A DNA stretch of 48,395 bases from Patescibacteria group bacterium (GTDB lineage: Bacteria > Patescibacteriota > Doudnabacteria > UBA920). The notes under the pieces were generated by a model. It searched no databases, had not been told where the DNA came from, and was given only the letters and a program-made list of their open reading frames with translations. Position numbers and translations under genes: made by a program. This document shows, one piece after another, positions 7,447 to 15,556 of this stretch. The stretch is from positions 1-48,395 of the forward strand of contig JBBTRN010000022.1 of the NCBI GenBank assembly GCA_038065175.1. The letters are read 5' to 3'. Numbering within the stretch: the stretch's first letter is position 1; each line of letters starts with the position of its first letter.

Positions 7447-8625
7447 TTAACCGTATTTTTTGCCGACTATTTTGTAGGCTTCCCTAAAAGCCATACCTTT
7501 TAAAACCAGCTTATAAACTTCATCGGTTGCGTAAATCTCGTCTGTCAAACTCTCTGCGGATCTTTTAGCGTTTACTTTAAGTTTCTTAAAAACTTCATTT
7601 AAAATCTCAAGGCTTTCCAAAGTAATATCTAAAGCCTTAAAGATCGGCTCTTTTAAGAGCTGAACATCGCGGTTATAGCCGGACAGTAAATTACCGACTG
7701 TGCCCCTGACCTGAAATTCCATTGCCGCGACCGTAAAATATTTAGCCCGCAAAAGTTCCAATACATCCGGATTCTTTTTTTGCGGCATTATAGAGCTGCC
7801 TGTGCAAAATTCTGTGGGCAGGTCAAAATAGCCGAACTCCGGCATACTAAAAATTATTAAATCTGATGATATTTTATTGGCATCGAACATAATTTGCCCC
7901 AAAGCATGCAAAATTGCGGATTCGAATTTACCTCTGCTGTTTTGTGTATAGATAGGGTTATTTTGGACTGACTTAAAACCCAATAGCTTTGCGGTAAAGC
8001 GCCTGTCGATCTCAATGGGCAAACCGTAACCCGCAGCTGTCCCTAAAGGCGACTGGTCAATTAAACCATGAGCGTAAGCCAAAGATTTAATATTATCTTT
8101 CATTGAATCCACAAAACTCTCCGTCCACATTCGAATAGAAGAAGGCATGGCTTTTCGGCTGTGAGTATAGCCGGGTAATTTTATTTTGCCGAACTTTTTG
8201 GTAAAATTTTTCAGCGTCCCTGCAAAATTTTCCGCCAATTTCTTACAGTCGGCAAGCTGATCTTTATAAAAAAGCCTCAAAGCCGTTAGAACCTGGTCGT
8301 TTCTCGACCGCGCGGTATGGATTTTTTTGCCTGTGTTTCCAAGTTTTTTGGTTAAATAATTTTCAATTGCCGTATGACAATCTTCATCTTCCGGCAAAAT
8401 TTCGAATTTACCCTTAGAATCCAAAGCAATAATCTCTTTTAACCGGGCTTCCAGCTTTTTAGCTTCCTCTGGTTTTAATACTCCAATCTTAACCAGCATT
8501 TTGGCGTGGGCAATGGATGCCAGGCAGTCATATTTAACCAAGCGCCTGTCCAATATATAATCATTCCCTACCGTAAACTTTTCCACCGCCTTGTTCAGCT
8601 TATATTGTTTTTGCCACAGTTTCAT
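7447..8625 (-). CDS. argH: Argininosuccinate lyase
   Basis: Fumarate-lyase signature GSSIMPQKKNPD, and position adjacent to argG. Confidence 0.9.
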   Translation of the reverse strand: MKLWQKQYKLNKAVEKFTVGNDYILDRRLVKYDCLASIAHAKMLVKIGVLKPEEAKKLEARLKEIIALDSKGKFEILPEDEDCHTAIENYLTKKLGNTGKKIHTARSRNDQVLTALRLFYKDQLADCKKLAENFAGTLKNFTKKFGKIKLPGYTHSRKAMPSSIRMWTESFVDSMKDNIKSLAYAHGLIDQSPLGTAAGYGLPIEIDRRFTAKLLGFKSVQNNPIYTQNSRGKFESAILHALGQIMFDANKISSDLIIFSMPEFGYFDLPTEFCTGSSIMPQKKNPDVLELLRAKYFTVAAMEFQVRGTVGNLLSGYNRDVQLLKEPIFKALDITLESLEILNEVFKKLKVNAKRSAESLTDEIYATDEVYKLVLKGMAFREAYKIVGKKYG

Positions 8626-8626
8626 T

Positions 8627-9877
8627 TTATTTCCTTGCCACCGCTGCCGCCAGCTTCATGGGCAGAGTGTAAATTTCTATGAAGCCGGCGCTGGCATTAA
8701 CATTTAAATTATAACCTTCTTTATTGTTAAAGGAAGCATGGTCCAAAGCGTTTGGCGATTCGACCGCGACAACTGTAGTATTGCCTTTAAACAGTCTAAT
8801 TTTCACACTGCCTGTAACTTTCTGATTCACAAAATCGTTAAAACTGTTTATTGCCTGCATTGCCGGGTCATACCACTGGGCGCCGTAGCACAAATAACCC
8901 CACTCTGTATCCATAGTCTCTTTAAGCTGGTTTAATTGCCGGGTGCAGACATATTTTTCCAGATTCCGATGCGCTTCGATTATTACATGGGCAGCCGGAT
9001 GCTCATACACCCCCCGGTTCTTAAGACCCACCAGCCTGTCTTCGAGCAAATAAACCGTGCCCACGCCGTGCTTGCCCGCCAGTTTATTGAGCTTAACGAT
9101 TAATTCAGCCAGAGGCAATTTCACGCCATTTAAGGCAATTGGCAGGCCTTCTTTGAAATCCAGGGCCACTAACCCGGCCTTGTCCGGCGCATTTTTTGGC
9201 AAAGTGTAAGTGGTTAGAAACTTTTTCTCCGGCACAATTTGGCTCGGGTCTGTAATTTCCCCGCCTTCCCAGGTAATGCCCCACATATTGTCATCGTCGC
9301 TGTAAGGGAAATTTATGGAAGCCGGCACAGGGATGCCGTGCTTTTGCGCGTATTTGATTTCTGCGTTCCTGTCCATGGCCCACTCCCTAACCGGCGCAAT
9401 AATTTTCATATTCGGGTCCAGGCACAAAATATATCCCTCGATTCTTACCTGGTCATTACCCTTGCCGGTACAGCCGTGGGCAATGCAATCCGCTTTTTCC
9501 GCTCTCGCGGCTTCCACCGCCTTTTTCGCCAGAATCGCCCGGCCAATAGGCGTGGAAAGGTGGTACTCCCCCTGGTAAGCCGCGTTAGCTTTTATTCCTT
9601 TAGAAATAAATTCTTCCGCAAACTCCTTACGGACGTCTAAAGTTATGGCCTTCACAGCGCCAAACTTTAATGCTTTTTGTTTTATGGCTTCTAAGTCATC
9701 GTGCTGCTGGCCCAAATTTAAAGTTAAAGCCACGACTTGAGCCTTATAATGGTCTTGGATCCACTTAAGTATAACCGACGTATCGAGGCCGCCGGAATAT
9801 AGCAGTAAAACTTTCTTGACTTTGCCGAGCTTGGCTTCGTGCGAAGCCACTTTCACATAAGACGTTTTTTTGTTCAT
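8627..9877 (-). CDS. argG: Argininosuccinate synthase
   Basis: N-terminal LLYSGGLDTSV PP-loop, and length and sequence typical of ArgG. Confidence 0.92.
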   Translation of the reverse strand: MNKKTSYVKVASHEAKLGKVKKVLLLYSGGLDTSVILKWIQDHYKAQVVALTLNLGQQHDDLEAIKQKALKFGAVKAITLDVRKEFAEEFISKGIKANAAYQGEYHLSTPIGRAILAKKAVEAARAEKADCIAHGCTGKGNDQVRIEGYILCLDPNMKIIAPVREWAMDRNAEIKYAQKHGIPVPASINFPYSDDDNMWGITWEGGEITDPSQIVPEKKFLTTYTLPKNAPDKAGLVALDFKEGLPIALNGVKLPLAELIVKLNKLAGKHGVGTVYLLEDRLVGLKNRGVYEHPAAHVIIEAHRNLEKYVCTRQLNQLKETMDTEWGYLCYGAQWYDPAMQAINSFNDFVNQKVTGSVKIRLFKGNTTVVAVESPNALDHASFNNKEGYNLNVNASAGFIEIYTLPMKLAAAVARK

Positions 9878-9890
9878 AGATTTATTTTTT

Positions 9891-10793
9891 TTAATTATTT
9901 AGCAAAAATAATAATAGGGCTTTAATTGTGTGAAGGCGGTTCTCTGCTTGTTCAAAAACCAACGAACGGTTTGACTCAAATACTTCATCGGATACTTCTT
10001 CGTTCGGGTGCTTAGGCAGGCAATGCATGAACACAGCGTGTTTGGCGGCCGACTTAAAAATTTTTTCATTTACCTGATAGCCTTTAAAGTCACGCCTTCG
10101 AATATCGGTTTCTGCTTCCAGTCCCATACTCACCCAGGTATCGGTATATATCGCGTCCGCTCCCATGACTGCTTTGTCGATGTTATTCGTGATAAAAATC
10201 CTGGCTTTACTTTTAGCCCCTAACCCTTGCGCGGCCTTAACCACTTGCTTTTGCGGGCCATAATTTTTTGGCGTGGCCACCCTAAAATCGAGGCCTAAGG
10301 AAGAGCTTGCCAGCATAAGTGAATTACAAACATTATTTCCGTCACCGATAAAAGCCAGTTTGACTTTGCGTAAATCGCCATATTTTTCTTTTAAAGTCAG
10401 CATGTCGGCCAAGACTTGGCACGGGTGATACCAATCGCTTAGCGCGTTAACTACAGGTACGCGGCAAAATTTGGCAAGCTCCTCTAATGTCGAGTGGGCA
10501 TAGACTCTGGCTACCACAATATCTACCCAGCGCTCTAAGTTTCGGGCAATATCGGCTATTGGCTCTCTGTCCGGAATTTTGCCGTCGTTTAAAACCGAAT
10601 AGCCGCCCATTTGCCCAATGCCGATTTGTAAAGTGAACTTAGTGCGCAAAGAAGCTTTTTCAAACAACAAAGCCACTGTCCGGCCCTTTAAGGCCGACCC
10701 AAAATCCATTGGCCGCGCTTTTATATTGGCACTAAGGTCCAGCACTTCAGCAATCTGTTTGGCTAAAAAATCGTTGTCTTTTAAGTAATCCAT
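9891..10793 (-). CDS. argF: Ornithine carbamoyltransferase
   Basis: SLRTK, HPCQ and HCLP motifs. The start is set at MDYLKDNDF (ATG 10793). The 47-codon upstream extension in the track overlaps the leader terminator. Confidence 0.88.
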   Translation of the reverse strand: MDYLKDNDFLAKQIAEVLDLSANIKARPMDFGSALKGRTVALLFEKASLRTKFTLQIGIGQMGGYSVLNDGKIPDREPIADIARNLERWVDIVVARVYAHSTLEELAKFCRVPVVNALSDWYHPCQVLADMLTLKEKYGDLRKVKLAFIGDGNNVCNSLMLASSSLGLDFRVATPKNYGPQKQVVKAAQGLGAKSKARIFITNNIDKAVMGADAIYTDTWVSMGLEAETDIRRRDFKGYQVNEKIFKSAAKHAVFMHCLPKHPNEEVSDEVFESNRSLVFEQAENRLHTIKALLLFLLNN

Positions 10794-10799
10794 AATTAT

Positions 10800-11104
10800 T
10801 TGTAATAAAATCCGTCCCCAAAAATAACAAAAAATGTTATTTTCAAGGACGGATTTTCGATGCTTCATCGACTCACCGCGGTACCACCTTGGTTTCCTTC
10901 CAATTCTCTCGGAAAGACCCTTAGTCCGGAACAATAATCCCGGTGTTCAATTTTACGGTAGAACTTCCGTTGCCGATTTTGCGGCACATCGGGTCCTGCG
11001 AAGCTTTATGCGAAGCAGGACAGCTTAGAACGCGACTCCCAAGTTTACACCGTTAGAATGACATTCTCTAATGGTGTTAGCGATTTATAAAAATATTCAT
11101 TTGT
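10800..11104 (-). promoter_or_regulatory. T-box-like leader RNA upstream of argF-argG-argH
   Basis: Minus-strand AAGGUGGUACCGCGG (reverse complement of 10876-10888 plus flanks) matches the T-box consensus AGGGUGGNACCGCG at 13 of 14 positions. A long bipartite terminator hairpin (10807-10856) with a U-run lies just before the ATG. Promoter TTGACA (11134-11139 rc)-17 nt-TAACCT (11111-11116 rc). Confidence 0.6.
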
Positions 11105-11154
11105 AAAAATAGGTTACAGGAATATTAAAAACTTGTCAAGTAGGATTTTAAGGG

Positions 11155-11418
11155 CTATCCATACAACTGGCTATGAGTGCCAATAGTAATAAAATAAATG
11201 GTTTTACCGCCTTCGTATTCCTCAAACACGGCGCGATAATCCCCAGTAATATTTATGCTCCGGCAACCCGAGTATTCCCCGCCTAAGGCATGGTTATTCA
11301 GCAAAGGATAAAATTTATCGCCAAGAAACAGCTCCAGCCTGGAAACAAAAGCCAAACGGATTTTAGGCGAACATTTCTTCAAGTCCTTCAAAAAACGCCT
11401 GGAATACTCTATCCGCAT
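11155..11418 (-). CDS. RelE/YafQ-family mRNA interferase toxin
   Basis: 87 aa. C-terminal ...GDYRAVFEEYEGGKTIYFITIGTHSQLY is typical of the RelE/YafQ family. It lies 9 nt downstream of the antitoxin gene. Confidence 0.75.
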   Translation of the reverse strand: MRIEYSRRFLKDLKKCSPKIRLAFVSRLELFLGDKFYPLLNNHALGGEYSGCRSINITGDYRAVFEEYEGGKTIYFITIGTHSQLYG

Positions 11419-11427
11419 ACACTTAAG

Positions 11428-11697
11428 CTACTTAAGATTTTTGACAAAACTCACCGCGTCCTGCAGCTTTTTAAAAGACTGATATTTACCCTGTTGCCTT
11501 TCCTGGCGGGCTTCCTTGATGGCTTCTTTCAAATATTCGCTCGGCTCTTCATGTATAACAATCGCCCCGCTGTTTACTACCTGCCTTAAAGACAAATTCA
11601 CAATATCAGACAGGCTCATGCCCGCGTTTTGCGCGAATGCCTGGGCGCGGCGCTTAAGCGCCGGCTCGGTTTTAATATTGATAGTCGCTGTTTTCAT
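11428..11697 (-). CDS. DinJ/RelB-family antitoxin
   Basis: MKTATINIKTEPALKRRAQAFAQNAGMSLSDIVNLSLRQV is an RHH DinJ-like N-terminus. The start is taken at Met21 of the listed ORF. Confidence 0.7.
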   Translation of the reverse strand: MKTATINIKTEPALKRRAQAFAQNAGMSLSDIVNLSLRQVVNSGAIVIHEEPSEYLKEAIKEARQERQQGKYQSFKKLQDAVSFVKNLK

Positions 11698-11763
11698 ATT
11701 AATAATGGTATTACTTTTAATACATAAAGTATTACATATCAAATTGTACATTGTCAAGCATCT

Positions 11764-13122
11764 TTAAAGTTCTTTCACCCTACCAAATCCCACGCTGTCC
11801 CTAAAGACCTTGCCAGCGGCTAGGATTGGCGCGCGGATGATAGTGAATTCGCCGTATTTGTCGTTAATTTGGTCTAGGGCTCTGGTTAAATTAAGATGTT
11901 TTTCCCGATGGCCAAATAAGCTTAACTGACTGCTTTTAGAACGCAAATTCGCCAGAGTAACACCAATGAGCTTAAAGGCTTGTCCTGATAATTTTAACCG
12001 CTCGAAAATAATCATGGCCTGTAAGAATACATCCCGTCCGTCAGAGACAAAATCCCCCAGCTTTAGGCTTTGCCCAAAGCCGCCGTAATCTCTATCATAG
12101 ATAAAAAAATGCAAAACATTGCCTTCCAAATTTTTCCGCCTTAAACGTCTCCCCACCATTTCGCATAATTTATACAGCACCGGCGCGAAAAATTCGGATT
12201 TGCGAAATTCTTTCGGCAAAGTGTACATATGGCCAATAGACTTAATTTCGTTGTCCTGATGAACATCCGCCTTCCAAGTCGAATCTAATTGGCCCAAATT
12301 ATACAAGTGATGTCCTTGGATGCGGCCAAACCTTGCTACCAAATGGCTCTTAGGGCAATTCTTTAAATCAAGAAGGGTGTGGATGCCTAAAGCGTTAAGG
12401 TTTTTCTCCTGTCGCGTCCCAATTCCAGGTACATCTGTCAATTTCAGACGACCGTACAAATTTTCTTTCGATAATACAAATAAATTATTTTTGAATTTTA
12501 AATTGTAATTTTGAGTTTTGCATTTTGCATTTTGAATTATTGTCAAGCCATCAGGCTTGCGTATGTCCGACCCGATTTTCGCCAATGTTTTATTTTCCGC
12601 TATGCCAATACTGCAAGTTAAATAATCCCCCACCTCGGTTTTCATTCGCCGTTTAATATCCAAAGAAATATTTATAGCTTCTTCAAAAGGATCAATCACC
12701 CCACCCCTTCCCTCCCCCTGGAGGGGAGGGATTGAGGGAGGGGGGCTTTTTGAAATTTGGCATTCGAATTTCGGATTTCTAATATTACATGTTCGTGTAA
12801 TATCCAAAAAAACTTCATCTATACTATATACTTCCACATCATCAGTATAATCAGACACGAGTTTGATTAACCTGCGCGTGTAAAACCGAAACCTCTCGGC
12901 CGTGGTGTGGGTTAAAATAATTTTCGGATAAAGCTTCTTGGCTTCCCACACCGGGGTGCCGGTTTTTATGCCCCATTTTTTGGCTTCTATGCTCGCGGCT
13001 ATAATAATCCCGCCCAAATCCTCGCACACACCCAAAACCTTGCCTCGGTATTCAGGATTATCCTGCTGGAGCACGGAGGCAAAATAACTATTCATGTCGA
13101 GATGGAGGATAATGGACTGCAT
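11764..13122 (-). CDS. dinB: DNA polymerase IV (Y-family) carrying two in-frame repeat insertions
   Basis: MQSIILHLDMNSYFASV, SIDEVFLDIT, SIGIAENKTLAKIGSDIRKPDG and DVPGIG motifs. Start set at Met10, because the first 9 codons are TTGATAA-type repeat sequence. Confidence 0.88.
   Translation of the reverse strand: MQSIILHLDMNSYFASVLQQDNPEYRGKVLGVCEDLGGIIIAASIEAKKWGIKTGTPVWEAKKLYPKIILTHTTAERFRFYTRRLIKLVSDYTDDVEVYSIDEVFLDITRTCNIRNPKFECQISKSPPPSIPPLQGEGRGGVIDPFEEAINISLDIKRRMKTEVGDYLTCSIGIAENKTLAKIGSDIRKPDGLTIIQNAKCKTQNYNLKFKNNLFVLSKENLYGRLKLTDVPGIGTRQEKNLNALGIHTLLDLKNCPKSHLVARFGRIQGHHLYNLGQLDSTWKADVHQDNEIKSIGHMYTLPKEFRKSEFFAPVLYKLCEMVGRRLRRKNLEGNVLHFFIYDRDYGGFGQSLKLGDFVSDGRDVFLQAMIIFERLKLSGQAFKLIGVTLANLRSKSSQLSLFGHREKHLNLTRALDQINDKYGEFTIIRAPILAAGKVFRDSVGFGRVKEL
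12488..12537. repeat. 8-nt-periodic AT-rich repeat arm inside dinB
   Basis: ttttgaattttaaattgtaattttgagttttgcattttgcattttgaatt, translated as NAKCKTQNYNLKFKN. This is extra sequence relative to the E. coli DinB spacing between KPxG and PGxG (from memory). Confidence 0.6.
12697..12790. repeat. GC-hairpin (CCCTCCCC-CTGG-AGGGGAGGG) plus 8-nt-periodic arm, in frame in dinB
   Basis: caccccaccccttccctccccctggaggggagggattgagggaggggggc followed by tttttgaaatttggcattcgaatttcgg. It encodes KFECQISKSPPPSIPPLQGEGRGGV. The same architecture occurs at 17089-17148 and 40524-40591. Confidence 0.8.
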
Positions 13123-13211
13123 GACAGTTAATCGTTGATTGATAATCATAATTGATAACTAATCAGCACTGTCTTGTGTTATAAATTATCAATTATTAAT
13201 TATACTCTTAT

Positions 13212-13229
13212 GGTAAACTATCGTTTACC
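13212..13229. promoter_or_regulatory. Candidate LexA operator (GGTAAAC-N4-GTTTACC) in the dinB promoter
   Basis: A perfect 7+7 dyad lies 8 nt upstream of the minus-strand TATAAT (13199-13204 rc). The same TAAAC-N4-GTTTA core occurs upstream of lexA at 18311-18326. Confidence 0.45.
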
Positions 13230-13281
13230 CTTTGTCAACATAACAAAATTGCAATGCATTGCTTGCTGTTAACTGGCCAAC

Positions 13282-13306
13282 AAAAAAACGGCAACTGCAA
13301 TTGCCG
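13282..13306 (-). terminator. Rho-independent terminator after 13331..13714
   Basis: cggcaa/ttgccg stem with a 6-nt loop, then T7 on the minus strand. Confidence 0.6.
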
Positions 13307-13330
13307 CTTGGCGTACGAAAGTGTGCGTTC

Positions 13331-13714
13331 CTAATGGTGGCGCTGGGCGGACTGCTCATTCCTTATGTAAATATGCCGTTTTTTATGCAAAAAGAACACG
13401 GCAATAAAAATAGACAAATAAGTCCACCAATAATTACTGGACTGGAAAATTTCTTCGCTTAAAAATTGTTTGGCTATGAAAGAATCCAAAATCAGAACAA
13501 TTAAAAGCCAAACTAAAGATACAAAAATCGCCTCCAAGAAATTAATAACCCCCAAACGGCGGGAAATAATTCTTACAAAAATAAAAATTAAAATATAGTA
13601 AACCCAAGCCTGCCAAACCGCGGAAAAAGCCAAAATTTCAAAAAACAAATACTTTTCCGCAATTAAGAAAACCCACAAAATTATTCCAAAGATGGTAATT
13701 TTTCCAAAATGCAT
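13331..13714 (-). CDS. Hypothetical polytopic membrane protein
   Basis: 127 aa and strongly hydrophobic. No motif that I recognise. Confidence 0.5.
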   Translation of the reverse strand: MHFGKITIFGIILWVFLIAEKYLFFEILAFSAVWQAWVYYILIFIFVRIISRRLGVINFLEAIFVSLVWLLIVLILDSFIAKQFLSEEIFQSSNYWWTYLSIFIAVFFLHKKRHIYIRNEQSAQRHH

Positions 13715-13728
13715 AAATTTAGCGCGTA

Positions 13729-14196
13729 TTAAGAAGTCTTAATCCCTGCCTTCTTCCTTAGAATACGCCTTTTAATGGGCGTTGTTTCTCTAATCACCGG
13801 TTTTATTGTCTTTGCCAGGTGCTCCAACTCAAGCACATCTTCCTTTAATTCCCGAGAGAGGCTCTGTACCTTGTTTTCTAAACTATAATTACTCTTCGAA
13901 GACGACCAATATTCCCTCACCAAATGGTCAACAAAGCCGCCGTGGCCTGATTTTTCATAAATAGCCTCATACCATTTTATCCCCAGGGCGATTCCATACC
14001 AAGAACCGAGCATTAAGGCCAATATAAGCGTGAAAAAATCCAAAGCCAAGATTTCTAAATAAGCAACGCCTGAACCAAACAAACCCGGATTAGCAGAGAC
14101 CAAGAGCAAATAAGCAAAGACCAGAAGCCGGTGAAGTATAAGGAACATCAACATGCCTAAAAGCGAACAAAGAAAGATATACAGGGACTTTTTCAT
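13729..14196 (-). CDS. Hypothetical membrane protein with a charged C-terminal tail
   Basis: 155 aa, three hydrophobic segments followed by a coiled, charged tail. It lies downstream of mreB but is not recognisably MreC or MreD. Confidence 0.5.
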   Translation of the reverse strand: MKKSLYIFLCSLLGMLMFLILHRLLVFAYLLLVSANPGLFGSGVAYLEILALDFFTLILALMLGSWYGIALGIKWYEAIYEKSGHGGFVDHLVREYWSSSKSNYSLENKVQSLSRELKEDVLELEHLAKTIKPVIRETTPIKRRILRKKAGIKTS

Positions 14197-14265
14197 ATTT
14201 TTTTGTTTCTAAAAAGTTTAGTTTTTTATATTATAGGACAATTTTTCAAATCAAGCAAGCCAATC

Positions 14266-14380
14266 AATTTCAAATTACGAATATCAAATGTCAAATGAAA
14301 TCCTAATGCTGTAATTTCAAATTTTGGCATTAAATCATTTGGCATTCATTTTATCCGCCTAAGGCGGATGATATTTGGCA
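14266..14380. repeat. Intergenic short-repeat-armed hairpin element
   Basis: 8-nt-periodic arms (caaatgtcaaatgaaat ... atttggcattcatttt) surround a GC hairpin atccgcc-taa-ggcggat (14353-14369). Confidence 0.65.
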
Positions 14381-15388
14381 TTATTTACTGCTCAATATGC
14401 TCTTTTTATAGCTGTCTAAATTATCCAAGGCTATTCCTGTGCCTTTAGCCACGCAAAGCAACGGATCATCCGCGACAAAGCAAGGCACGCCCACATTTTG
14501 GGCAATATATTGGTCCAAATTTTTCAATAGCGCCGTGCCTCCGGTTAGAATCATGCCCTTATCTATAATGTCGCTGGCCAATTCAGGAGGGGTTTCCTGC
14601 AGAACAATTTTTACCGCTTTAATAATATCTTTTAAGTCATCGACAATCGCGTGGACGGTTTCATTTGTGCTTATGCTCACTGCCTTTGGCAAACCGGTTA
14701 AATTGTCGCGGCCCTTTATTTCCATAATTTCTTCCTCGGAAACCGGTAGCGCGCTGCCAATGGAAATTTTTATCTCTTCCGCGGTCCGATCCCCTATTGC
14801 CAGCCCGTGCTTCTTTCTTACATACTCAACAATTGACTGGTCTAAACGATTCCCCGCGACCCTGGCAGAAGTAGAATTTACAATCCCGCCTAAAGACAAA
14901 ACCGCAACATCGGTAGTACCGCCGCCAATATCTATTATTAAGTTCCCGCGGGCTTCGCCGATTGGTATTCCGGCTCCGATTGCCGCGGCAACCGTTTCCT
15001 TAATTACATAGGCACTGCGGGCGCCGGCATTTACGGCCGCGTCTATAACAGCCCGCCTCTCTGTGGAAGTAACGCCGCCGGGCACGCTTATCATGACTTC
15101 GGGCCGAAAAAACCTTACCTTACCCAATGCTTTGTTAATAAAATACCTAAGCATGGCTTCGGTAACACGGTAATCGGCAATTACCCCGTCCTTCATGGGC
15201 CTGGAAGCGACAATGGTTTCCGGCGTCCTCCCAAGCATTTCTTTTGCTTCCTGGCCCACGGCCAAAATCCGATTGTCTTCAATCGAGATTGCCACAACAG
15301 TGGGTTCATTAATAATGATCCCCCTCCTGGGCACGAATACCAGCGTATTGGCTGTGCCCAAATCTATGCCGATTTTATTTTCAAACAT
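14381..15388 (-). CDS. mreB: Rod-shape determining actin homologue MreB
   Basis: IGIDLGTANTLV, DIGGGTTDVAV and full-length similarity to MreB. Confidence 0.93.
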   Translation of the reverse strand: MFENKIGIDLGTANTLVFVPRRGIIINEPTVVAISIEDNRILAVGQEAKEMLGRTPETIVASRPMKDGVIADYRVTEAMLRYFINKALGKVRFFRPEVMISVPGGVTSTERRAVIDAAVNAGARSAYVIKETVAAAIGAGIPIGEARGNLIIDIGGGTTDVAVLSLGGIVNSTSARVAGNRLDQSIVEYVRKKHGLAIGDRTAEEIKISIGSALPVSEEEIMEIKGRDNLTGLPKAVSISTNETVHAIVDDLKDIIKAVKIVLQETPPELASDIIDKGMILTGGTALLKNLDQYIAQNVGVPCFVADDPLLCVAKGTGIALDNLDSYKKSILSSK

Positions 15389-15556
15389 AAATTAAATGAC
15401 AAAAACGACGTAAATGACATAAATAAACAAAAATTTCTGCGGCTATTTTTGTCATTTTTGCTCATTTTTTTAATTTTTGTTCAATAAATCTAAGCTTTAT
15501 TATACCAAACCAGCCAGATTGAAACAACCCTAAAAATCCTATAATATAAGTATATT

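Noticed and set aside
9891-10934. Long (347-aa) version of argF.
   Set aside because: The extra 47 codons (MFRTKGLSERIGRKPRWYRGES…) overlap the T-box motif and the leader terminator. The conserved OTCase N-terminus starts at ATG 10793.
14439-15011. 190-aa + strand ORF, and similar long antisense ORFs (for example 39819-40463, 36363-36809, 26619-27110 and 37434-37847).
   Set aside because: These are shadow ORFs opposite well-supported genes (mreB, dnaX, htrA, gap, the 561-aa protein). They have low-complexity Ser/Pro/Ala-rich translations and no start context.
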